DNA of 64,000 nt, from positions 19,116-83,115 of the IMG/VR virus record IMGVR_UViG_2739368068_000001, one strand, 5' to 3'. Origin of the DNA: a virus (Duplodnaviria; Caudoviricetes). The position numbers were made by a program, and so were the translations under genes. Below, piece after piece: positions 29,121-36,970 of the stretch; the stretch's first letter is position 1, and the number at the start of each line of letters is the position of its first letter. The notes under the pieces are model-generated. The model had not been told where the DNA came from. It saw only the letters and a program-made list of their open reading frames with translations, and did no database searches.

Positions 29121-29615
29121 TCAGCGCTGCTGTTTCGCCTGGCGGCGGCGGGCCTCACGTTCGGCCCGCTCGGCCTCCAGATCGGCGACGACCGGGGCGG
29201 ACACCTCGGCCTCTATCTCGGCGATGTCGCCGGCCCCGAGCACCCCGGGCCGACGCCACCGCGCCGGCTCTTTCGGGCTCCCACCGGCGGCCTTCCCGAC
29301 CACATAGATCAACTGGTCGAGCCGCTCGCCGATCTCGGCGAGCATCTCGTGAGTGCGGGAGTGTGGCCCCCACCCCCGCACCGGCGCCGCTTCCATCGCG
29401 GCGGCGAGGGTGCGGGGGTCGATCTCGTCGCGCTGCGCCGTCTTCGTCCGCGACTCCGGCGGTAGCTGCTCGATCAGGTTCAGCAGCCGCCGGTGGGTGA
29501 GCCAGCCCGGGCCGCCGCCGGGCAGGTACAGGTCTCGGACGTCGATCTGCCGGTCGGCTAGGTCCGCTTCGACCTGCGGGCCATATCTCTGTAGGAGCGC
29601 ATCGACCGCCCGGAT
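29121..29615 (-). CDS. Tail assembly chaperone -1 frameshift extension (gpT-like)
   Basis: Open frame IRAVDALLQRYGPQVEADL... reached by a -1 slip at GGGAAAA. Confidence 0.75.
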   Translation of the reverse strand: MRAVDALLQRYGPQVEADLADRQIDVRDLYLPGGGPGWLTHRRLLNLIEQLPPESRTKTAQRDEIDPRTLAAAMEAAPVRGWGPHSRTHEMLAEIGERLDQLIYVVGKAAGGSPKEPARWRRPGVLGAGDIAEIEAEVSAPVVADLEAERAEREARRRQAKQQR

Positions 29616-30247
29616 TTTCCCTGGTCCTGCCCGGTGACCCGCCGGTACTCGTTGAACATGTCGTTCACGTTGCCCATGGTCGGGGCGAGCCGTACCCAGA
29701 CCTCGTCATAGTCCGGCTCGACCAGGCACCCTTGCGCCCACGACTCGTAGTCGCCGACCCGAAGATCCGCGTTCGCGTCGGTGGGCCAGTCACGCGGATC
29801 CAAGATGTGGACCACGTCGGTGCCGTTCTTCCCGGTCAGCCGTACCGCGACCGCGCCATCGGGAAGCACCCGCTCCGGCGGCACGTCCTCGATCGGATGC
29901 GGCTCGCCGACGTACCCCGCACCGTCCCAGTACCGTCGGATGGTCGGATCGGCCGGGTCGGGGTACCAGCCGGGCGGCGGGCCGGCCAGGCTCACCGGGG
30001 ACGGCTGGACGAGCTGCTGCCGCTGGCCGGCTTCGGCCTGGACGTCGTCGACCCACTCGCCGTCGTCGCCGTCGTCGCCGGCGTCGGCCTGGGCGTCGTC
30101 GCCGGCCGGCGGCGGCGGGGCGGCGAGCCGGTCGGCCTGCTGCGCGGCGGCGGTCTGCTGGTAGATGTCCGGCGGCACCTCCCGGTACCGGACGGGGCCC
30201 GGTTCGGTGTCGACGGGCTGGCCGTGGGCGGGCACGGGCACAGTCAT
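29558..30247 (-). CDS. Tail assembly chaperone (gpG-like) with DUF2510-like insert
   Basis: Between tail tube and TMP; contains PPPGWYPDPADPTIRRYWDG. Confidence 0.75.
   Translation of the reverse strand: MTVPVPAHGQPVDTEPGPVRYREVPPDIYQQTAAAQQADRLAAPPPPAGDDAQADAGDDGDDGEWVDDVQAEAGQRQQLVQPSPVSLAGPPPGWYPDPADPTIRRYWDGAGYVGEPHPIEDVPPERVLPDGAVAVRLTGKNGTDVVHILDPRDWPTDANADLRVGDYESWAQGCLVEPDYDEVWVRLAPTMGNVNDMFNEYRRVTGQDQGKSGRSMRSYRDMARRSKRT
29615..29621 (-). promoter_or_regulatory. -1 programmed frameshift heptamer G-GGA-AAA
   Basis: X XXY YYZ heptamer in the correct phase (Gln-Gly-Lys) near the chaperone 3' end. Confidence 0.8.
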
Positions 30248-30280
30248 GGTTGGTTCCTTCCTAGGTTGGGGTTACGGGTC

Positions 30281-30889
30281 TTACGGGCCTTCCGGGTCTT
30301 CCGGGTCGGCGAGCGCGGCCAGGACGTAATGCCAGGTGATAGCCACGTTGTCGGAGCCGGGGTAGGCGGTCAGGGTGACGCCGTACGTGACCGGATCCGA
30401 CTTCTTGATCGCGAACTCGCGGCGGCCGGTGACTTCCATCTGCGGGACCACGGCCCGGATCCGGTTCGGTCCGTCCACCAGGTCGAAAACCCCGCTGATG
30501 ATCTCGACTCGTGGCTCACCTTCGTCGATGGAGAATGCGCCGGTCGCGTCCGGCTCGATCGAGCCGAGCGGCAGCCGGTGGTATACCTCCAGCGGCGTCG
30601 GCCCGGACTCCAGAAAGACGATCTCGAATGTGACTTCGGACGACGTCACGAGCTTGCGTACCGGCGAGTTCGACCCGAACGCGTTGATCGTCGCGGTGGC
30701 CTCGTCGACGGCCTTTTTCAGACCGTCCTCGGAGCACCAGCCGGCGTCGGCGAAGGCGGCATCGAGGTTGGAGCCGGTGCCGGTCGCGGCGGTCGGCAGC
30801 GTCGTCCCGGTCGGGGCGAACATCGCCAGCGCGGATCCGCCGGAGCCGCCGCCCTTCACACCGGCCAAGATCAAATCACGGTTGCCCAC
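30281..30889 (-). CDS. Major tail (tube) protein
   Basis: GWCSEDG, FEIVFLE, YGVTLTAYP; position. Confidence 0.85.
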   Translation of the reverse strand: MGNRDLILAGVKGGGSGGSALAMFAPTGTTLPTAATGTGSNLDAAFADAGWCSEDGLKKAVDEATATINAFGSNSPVRKLVTSSEVTFEIVFLESGPTPLEVYHRLPLGSIEPDATGAFSIDEGEPRVEIISGVFDLVDGPNRIRAVVPQMEVTGRREFAIKKSDPVTYGVTLTAYPGSDNVAITWHYVLAALADPEDPEGP

Positions 30890-30985
30890 GGTTGCGGGAT
30901 CCTTCCTACGGGTACGGCAAAGGGCCCCAACCGGACTGGTTGAGGCCCTGGGGAACGGGTCACGCGGGGCGGGCGCGCTACCGAC

Positions 30986-31462
30986 CTAGTGAGACTTGAT
31001 GACGAGTTGATAGGCGGCACCGATCCGCCGCACCGTCGGATTGACGTCGTACGGGCGCGGCGACGGCCGAGAGAACGTCGACACCTCCGACACCGTGGCG
31101 TCAGCGGTCGACCAGCCAGGCAGCCGGAACAGCAACGCGGCCCGGATCAGCCGGGCGAAGTCCTGCGCGCCTTCGCGGTCCGGGTTCCCGTCCGCGTCGC
31201 CCGGCCAGTACAGGTCAACGTCGATGTTCACCTGGTCCTGTGCCGGGTTCCTCTCAGTGCCACCGAATCCCTCGACGTGCACGAACGGCCGGCGGCTGTC
31301 GAGCAGGGCTTGCAGCTCGTCGGCCTGCGGCAGCTCGTTCGCGACCAGTAGATCGGCGATCCCGGCGAACGACCCGGCCAGCCAGTCGATCAACAGCGCT
31401 TCGGCGTCGGCGTACCGCAGAGCGGCCAACTCGTCGACGTCGAGCGGCGGCACCGTCGCCAC
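30986..31462 (-). CDS. Tail terminator / minor tail protein
   Basis: ADAEALLIDWL...GGT...IDVDLY; position before the tail tube. Confidence 0.7.
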   Translation of the reverse strand: MATVPPLDVDELAALRYADAEALLIDWLAGSFAGIADLLVANELPQADELQALLDSRRPFVHVEGFGGTERNPAQDQVNIDVDLYWPGDADGNPDREGAQDFARLIRAALLFRLPGWSTADATVSEVSTFSRPSPRPYDVNPTVRRIGAAYQLVIKSH

Positions 31463-31470
31463 GGCCGGCC

Positions 31471-31851
31471 CTACGGGGCGAGCGTGTCGTCGCCGGGCGG
31501 GGTGTACGGGCCAAGCGGCGTGTTCGGCGGCATGATCTTGACTCGGTTCTCCCGCGCCAGCTCTCGCGCCTGCCGCGACGGCATGTCGACCACCGTCCCG
31601 ACCAACTCCGGCTCGGCCGGGTTGAACAGCCACAGCGCCCGGACGTAGCCCGGCGGCGGCGGCGAGACGCTCTGCGCCCCGACGTCGCCGGCCTGCTCGA
31701 CGGCGGCCTGCCGACCTGCCGGCTCGGCCTGCTTCTGGACGCTCTGCGCCCCGACGTCGCCGGCCTGCTCGACGGCGGCCTGCCGACCTGCCGGCTCGGC
31801 CTGCTTCTGCTGCTTATCGGCCACTCTGGGCCCCCTTCTCTCCATGATCAC
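31471..31851 (-). CDS. Small virion-module protein with 24-aa duplication
   Basis: 72-bp tandem duplication at 31666-31809. Confidence 0.55.
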   Translation of the reverse strand: MIMERRGPRVADKQQKQAEPAGRQAAVEQAGDVGAQSVQKQAEPAGRQAAVEQAGDVGAQSVSPPPPGYVRALWLFNPAEPELVGTVVDMPSRQARELARENRVKIMPPNTPLGPYTPPGDDTLAP

Positions 31852-32192
31852 CTGTTGAGCGCGTCAGCGACCCGGCCAAGAATCCGCTGACGTTTGATCT
31901 CCCTCGCGGCGCCGGTCCGCTTGTCGATCCACCGGCGGCCGAACTCCAGCGCGACGGCATAGGGATAGCCGGCCTCACTGGTCGCGTCGTTGATCAGCCG
32001 CGCGTACGCACGACCGTTACGGACACCGGCGACGACCCGAAACCGCCGTTTGTAGTTCCCGGTCCGCTCCGGAGCGATGACCAGCGCGTACGCGTGTCCC
32101 TGCTCCATCCGGTCGCGGAGCGCCTGCACCATCGGCGGCGCCGACAACGCCACGTCAAGCCCGGACTGATAGGCGACGAGCCGGGACGGCAT
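31848..32192 (-). CDS. Neck protein (HK97 gp10-like)
   Basis: PERTGNYKRRF...YAVALEFG...ILGRVADAL. Confidence 0.7.
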   Translation of the reverse strand: MPSRLVAYQSGLDVALSAPPMVQALRDRMEQGHAYALVIAPERTGNYKRRFRVVAGVRNGRAYARLINDATSEAGYPYAVALEFGRRWIDKRTGAAREIKRQRILGRVADALNR

Positions 32193-32854
32193 CAGCCGGC
32201 GACCCTGTGCGCGATGACCCGCACCCCACCTTCGGCGCCGGTCATCGGATCCCGCTCGGCCTTCGGCCGCCCGTCGACCTCGTACGTCAGTCCCCGGACC
32301 TGTAGCCGGTCCAGCGCGGTGACCTCCGTACCGGGCGGCAACATGACCTCGATCGAGTCGGTGATGGTCGACCCGCCCGACTCGGCCCGCTCGTCGCTGG
32401 ACAGGACCCGCACCGCAGCTCCGCCTACCTCGACCGACTCGGTCCGGTACCGGGTGTTGTTGTACCGGTCCGTCCCGTCCGGGATCCGGTGCAGGATCAC
32501 GACCAGTTCACCGCCGAGTGGGGCCCCGTACGACGGGGCGGGGACGGCTAGACCGATCTCGGTGTGGTCCGGTGTCGGTAGCCCGCCGCTGGTGTGCTTC
32601 GCGACGGCCTGGGCGAACCCCTTGCGCCCGTCGGGCAGCGTGATCAGCGACCCCTCGGGGCAGTGCACGCTGAGCTGCGTCACGATCGTGACGGTCACGT
32701 ACCGGCCGGTCCCGGCCTGCGTCCGGCCGCCTGACAGCTTCTCGGCGATCGCGCACCGCACCCCGGGCACCGGCGGCCCGTAGACGCCCCACACGCCCGC
32801 GTACGGCTCGATCGTGATCCGGTGGCGCAGCAGGAACGACGGTATGCGGCCCAT
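32192..32854 (-). CDS. Head closure protein, apparently two closure-like domains
   Basis: 220 aa; HRITIEPY...GSLITLPDGR followed by DRYNN...DRLQVRGLTYEVDGRP. Confidence 0.65.
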   Translation of the reverse strand: MGRIPSFLLRHRITIEPYAGVWGVYGPPVPGVRCAIAEKLSGGRTQAGTGRYVTVTIVTQLSVHCPEGSLITLPDGRKGFAQAVAKHTSGGLPTPDHTEIGLAVPAPSYGAPLGGELVVILHRIPDGTDRYNNTRYRTESVEVGGAAVRVLSSDERAESGGSTITDSIEVMLPPGTEVTALDRLQVRGLTYEVDGRPKAERDPMTGAEGGVRVIAHRVAG

Positions 32855-33252
32855 CAGTGGTAGGGCCCCATCCCGAGCAGACCGGCGTCACGAAGGTGCC
32901 GCCGCGCCTGGTGGCCCCACCGGTCCGGCTCCGAGCCCTTGTTACCGGAGCTACGCCAGCCGAGCGAGACACCGGCGATGCTCGCCGACTGCAACATACG
33001 GGCGCCGTCGGTGCCGGTCTCCTCCCACCAGCCGACGACGGCGCACGTCGCGAGCGCGAGCGCCCGTTGCACCTTGGATTCGGTCGGCATTCCGTCGTCG
33101 TCGACGTCGTACACCGCGCATTCGAGCAGGTCATCGACGGCGGCGGACGCGTCGGCCAGGAGGCGGGGTATCTCGGACTCGTCGGCGACGTCGACGGGGT
33201 AGGCGGCGAGATCCTCGGCTGTCGCGTACGTGTGCCGGGTGTACGGCGGCAT
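32854..33252 (-). CDS. Head-to-tail adaptor
   Basis: YATAEDL...LLADAS...ALATCAVVGWW...SASIAGVSL. Confidence 0.75.
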   Translation of the reverse strand: MPPYTRHTYATAEDLAAYPVDVADESEIPRLLADASAAVDDLLECAVYDVDDDGMPTESKVQRALALATCAVVGWWEETGTDGARMLQSASIAGVSLGWRSSGNKGSEPDRWGHQARRHLRDAGLLGMGPYH

Positions 33253-33355
33253 CCATGCCCCCTTTCGAGTGACCAGAACTCGAGTTCTGGGTGGGTGAGG
33301 TGGGGCCGGCCGGCCCCCCGCCGGGTCCAGCCGACCCCACGCCATACCGCCCCGG

Positions 33356-33748
33356 TCAGGCCGGGGCGTTGTACTCGACGTCGACTTGGATCGACACGTA
33401 CGTCGGCGTACCCGAGACGGCGGCGAGTTCCAACGTCAGCGACCCGCCGGCGGCGATCGCCGTGTTCTGGAGCGTCGTGCTGCTCGCCCACGACGCGTTA
33501 CCGGCCGGCAGGTCGCTAGCCAGCACGTCACCGCCGGCCGTGGCCGCGTTGACTGACGCCGTCGTGCCGCCGGCCCGGTAGCCACGGACCGCGGTGACGG
33601 TCGCCGCCCGGGGTGCCCGCCACACCACGAACGAGCCGGCGGCCGTCGGGCCGGGCAGCGTCAGGTTGACCGTGTGAGTGCGGTACGGGGCGCCTGGCAC
33701 CTCGCCGGCCTGCCCGTCGAACGTGTGGACCTTGTATCCGGATCCCAT
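33356..33748 (-). CDS. Putative capsid decoration / virion protein
   Basis: 130 aa beta-rich, downstream of the capsid gene. Confidence 0.55.
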   Translation of the reverse strand: MGSGYKVHTFDGQAGEVPGAPYRTHTVNLTLPGPTAAGSFVVWRAPRAATVTAVRGYRAGGTTASVNAATAGGDVLASDLPAGNASWASSTTLQNTAIAAGGSLTLELAAVSGTPTYVSIQVDVEYNAPA

Positions 33749-33759
33749 GTCGTGCCCCC

Positions 33760-34596
33760 TCAGCTACCCGAGCCCGCGCGGCGGCCGGTGGTCTTCCGCC
33801 CGGCCGCCTTGCCCGGCTTCGTCTGCCCGTCCTGTTCGCTGCTGGCGGCCGGGGCCGGGCTGCTCTTGTCGTCCTGCCCGTCCGCGCCGTCCTGCTCGCC
33901 GCTGGCCGGGTTTCCGGCGTCGCCCTGCCCGCTGTCCTGCTCCCGGCTGTCGCCGCCGCTCTGCGTGCCGCTGGTGCCCTTCTGCGGGTCGCCCTGGTCC
34001 TGGCCGCCGTCGGAGTCGTCGGCGTCGCCCTGGTCCTGCTCGGCCGGCGTCGGCTCGGCCGGGTCCTGCGGCGGCGTCCGCCCCTCCCGGATCGCGGCGA
34101 GCTGCTCCGGACTGCCCGCTACCCGGTTCGGGTCGAGCACCCCGCGCGGGTCCGGGTGCTGCGCCTCGTACGCGGCGACCGCCGCCAGCTCCGCATCCGT
34201 GCGCGGGTGGATCTTCGGATCGTCGCCGATCTGGATGTCGCGCACGCCGTGGCGGGACAGGACCCCGACCCCGCCGTTTTCGCCGGCGAGCCGCATCCGC
34301 TCGTTGACCACGAATCCGGCCGGTGACTCGGTCGACGTCGCCGCCACGCCGGCGGCCCGTGCCGCTTCCTCGCCGGATACCTCGGTGCGGCGTGCGTGGA
34401 TCCGCGCGGACGCCTCGACGGCCTCCTGTGCGGCCCGCGCCTGCCGGGCCTGGTCGATCATGTGCGGCGGCACCTGGTCGACCTCGACACGGACGAAGTT
34501 CGGCCGGGCTTCCAGGTCCGGCGACGGACCCGACAAGACGTACAGCTCTCCGGTGTTGCTGTTGCGATACGCGGCGAACCCGCTGGTATCGGTCAT
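33760..34596 (-). CDS. Capsid-associated protein with low-complexity acidic tail
   Basis: Follows the major capsid gene; N-terminus AYRNSNTGELYVLSGPSPDLEARPNF. Confidence 0.6.
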   Translation of the reverse strand: MTDTSGFAAYRNSNTGELYVLSGPSPDLEARPNFVRVEVDQVPPHMIDQARQARAAQEAVEASARIHARRTEVSGEEAARAAGVAATSTESPAGFVVNERMRLAGENGGVGVLSRHGVRDIQIGDDPKIHPRTDAELAAVAAYEAQHPDPRGVLDPNRVAGSPEQLAAIREGRTPPQDPAEPTPAEQDQGDADDSDGGQDQGDPQKGTSGTQSGGDSREQDSGQGDAGNPASGEQDGADGQDDKSSPAPAASSEQDGQTKPGKAAGRKTTGRRAGSGS

Positions 34597-34682
34597 GATC
34601 GCTCCCTGATCTCGATCTTGGGGGTGGGGGTGGGACAGGACCGCGCGGCCAACCCGACCGGCTGGCCGCGCGGTGGTCGGGA

Positions 34683-35588
34683 TCAGGAACCGAGCGGGCC
34701 CCGGATCAGTACGGCGCGGTTCGCGTCGAGCGTCTTGCAGCCGTACAGCACGTCGATCGACACGACATCCTGCTTCTTGTCCATGTCGTACCCGTAGATC
34801 ACCCGCAGGCCGTACCCCTTGTAGGACGCGATCGCGGCGTTCGACGCGCCACGCGGCAGCGCCAGGGGCCGCACCGCGAGCGCGAACGCGGTCCGGTGGA
34901 ACGCCACCCCGACCTCGGTGGTCGGAATCCCCGTGCCCGGCGTCGGGATCGTGATGTTATTCGTCTCGTACGGGTCGAACCCGTACAGGCGACGGCCGAG
35001 CGACGCCTCTTGCAACCCCTGGGTGTCGCCCCGGGCGTCGGCCCGGCTGAGCAGGTCATTCTTGAGCCACTCCGCGGCCATCGTGGGGCCGACGACGGCG
35101 TACCGCTGCGACGGCGGAACGGACTGCTTCGTCAGTTCCCGGCCGGCGGCGACCATCGCCCGGGGGTCGTTCCACAACTCGCCGGAGGTGGTGCCGACGG
35201 TCGTCACGATGTCGGACCGCAGCGCCAGCAGGTCGCGATCGATCTTCTGCGAGATCGCTTCCATCGCCGGCGCGAGAAGCCGCTCAGAAAAGTCGGTGAT
35301 CTTGAGCGTGAGATCTTCCGACGTCACCGCGAAAGAAACGTCGGCGAAGTGGTTGAGCGTCATCGGGATACCGGACTCGGTCGCGTCCTGGACCGTGATT
35401 CCGGCCGCCCGGTTGTACTCGTGCGCGACGAACCTCGCCGGCTTCCGGATCGTGATCGTGTCACCGACCGCGCCCGCAAAGGTGTCTTCGTAGTCGCGGT
35501 GCACGAGCGACGCCATGATGGTCGTCTCGTACAGGTTCGCCAGCGCAGCCTGAGCGATGACGTCAGGCGTGAGCAGGGTGTTTGCCAT
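34683..35588 (-). CDS. Major capsid protein (P22 coat-like)
   Basis: MANTLLTPDVIAQAAL..GDTITIRKP..IDVLYGCKTLD. Confidence 0.9.
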   Translation of the reverse strand: MANTLLTPDVIAQAALANLYETTIMASLVHRDYEDTFAGAVGDTITIRKPARFVAHEYNRAAGITVQDATESGIPMTLNHFADVSFAVTSEDLTLKITDFSERLLAPAMEAISQKIDRDLLALRSDIVTTVGTTSGELWNDPRAMVAAGRELTKQSVPPSQRYAVVGPTMAAEWLKNDLLSRADARGDTQGLQEASLGRRLYGFDPYETNNITIPTPGTGIPTTEVGVAFHRTAFALAVRPLALPRGASNAAIASYKGYGLRVIYGYDMDKKQDVVSIDVLYGCKTLDANRAVLIRGPLGS

Positions 35589-35608
35589 GGTTGATTGCTC
35601 CTGGGCGG

Positions 35609-36544
35609 TCAGCCCGGGCTGTCACTGCGTCGCTTGCGAAACTCAGCCCGGAAATCGTCGACGGTTGACGGTTCGGTGCTTTCCGCGCTGCTCCCGGCTG
35701 CGAAGTCGCCACCACTCGGGACCGGCGGCAGCACCGGGGGCGCCTGGCCCGCCGGCTGTTCCGCCTTGAAGTACGAATCGGTCTCGACAGCCGTCCCGAT
35801 GGCTGCCGCGACCTTGGCCGCGAAATCCGGCGCGCTCGGGTCGAGCGAGTCGATTCCGCGCATGAATTGACGGCTGTCCGTCAGCCGTTTCGGATTCGCG
35901 CCGTGCTCCGACGCGTTCTGCCAAATCGCCAACTCCCGGGCCATCGCGACCCGGTCGGCGGTCTGGCTCGTGAGTTGATCCGTCAGGATCCGAATCTGTT
36001 CCTCCGGCGCCGGGCCGCTCTCGCCGTCGGTGTCGTCCGGCACGTCCGGCATGAGCCCGGTCGCCTTGAGCAGCGACGCGACCCACTCCTGTCGCTGCTC
36101 CTCGAACCGCTGCGCGGCCCGCTCCTCGGCCGTCTTGGCCTCGACGCGACGGTCTCCGTTCTCGGTCCGCAACTGCTTGATGTAGTCGCGGATCTCGGCC
36201 GGGAACTCGTCGAGCGACCGCTCTGCCGGTGGCTTCGTGCCCCCGGCCGGCTGCGCGCCCGGTGGCGGCGTCACCGGTGCCTGGTTCGGTGCTGGCTCCT
36301 GAAAGAACGGCTGGAACACGCCGTCACCGGTGCCGGCCGGCGCGGATCCGGCCGCCCCGCCATCACCGCCGCCGCCGGTGCCGCTGGTGCCGCCGTCGCC
36401 GCCGGTGCCGCCGCCCGCGTCGCCGGCGGCCGGAGCCGGGGCGGCCGGGGCGGCCGGGGCGGAGTCGAGCGGCGGCGTCGCGAGCGGACACAGGTACGAG
36501 GCGACCGTGAGCCGGAGCAGCCGGGGACGCGTCAAGGTCTTCAT
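35609..36544 (-). CDS. Capsid scaffolding protein
   Basis: Low-complexity N-terminus, IKQLRTENGDRR coiled coil, ANPKRLTDSRQF; directly before the capsid gene. Confidence 0.8.
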   Translation of the reverse strand: MKTLTRPRLLRLTVASYLCPLATPPLDSAPAAPAAPAPAAGDAGGGTGGDGGTSGTGGGGDGGAAGSAPAGTGDGVFQPFFQEPAPNQAPVTPPPGAQPAGGTKPPAERSLDEFPAEIRDYIKQLRTENGDRRVEAKTAEERAAQRFEEQRQEWVASLLKATGLMPDVPDDTDGESGPAPEEQIRILTDQLTSQTADRVAMARELAIWQNASEHGANPKRLTDSRQFMRGIDSLDPSAPDFAAKVAAAIGTAVETDSYFKAEQPAGQAPPVLPPVPSGGDFAAGSSAESTEPSTVDDFRAEFRKRRSDSPG

Positions 36545-36739
36545 GTGGAGTGCCCTCCCGGGGCGGATGGGCCGCGGCTCCCGGCCGGCGGCGTGCGGAT
36601 ACGACACAGCCCCGACCGGCCCGAATCGGGCCCGTCAGGGCTGTGTGTGCTCTTCCAGGGGTCGCAGGCCGGTGACCTGCGGATATAAGTGACCTACCGG
36701 CCCGGAACCGGCCGTGACCGGCCGGGCCGCTCTACCCGG

Positions 36740-36970
36740 CTACTCGTCGACGTCGACCAGCTCGTCGAAATCGGTCTCCGGTGGCCGCCAATGGTGGTAG
36801 CCGCGTACCCACGCCGACGCGCGTAACCGCTCGGCCGGGTCACTGCTGGCCGGGTCGTACGGGCACGCCGTCAGCGGCAGTTGCCGGCGGGCGGCGTACC
36901 CGCCGGCGAGCCGGGCCGCTTCGGCCGTCAACGCGGCCGGCCTGGCCGGACCGGTCGGACCGATCGTCAT
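36740..36970 (-). CDS. Small Rmf/CrpP-fold-like protein
   Basis: AGGYAARRQLPLTACPY...RASAWVRGY resembles the RMF G..A...CPY...W..G pattern; 4-nt overlap with the upstream gene. Confidence 0.6.
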   Translation of the reverse strand: MTIGPTGPARPAALTAEAARLAGGYAARRQLPLTACPYDPASSDPAERLRASAWVRGYHHWRPPETDFDELVDVDE

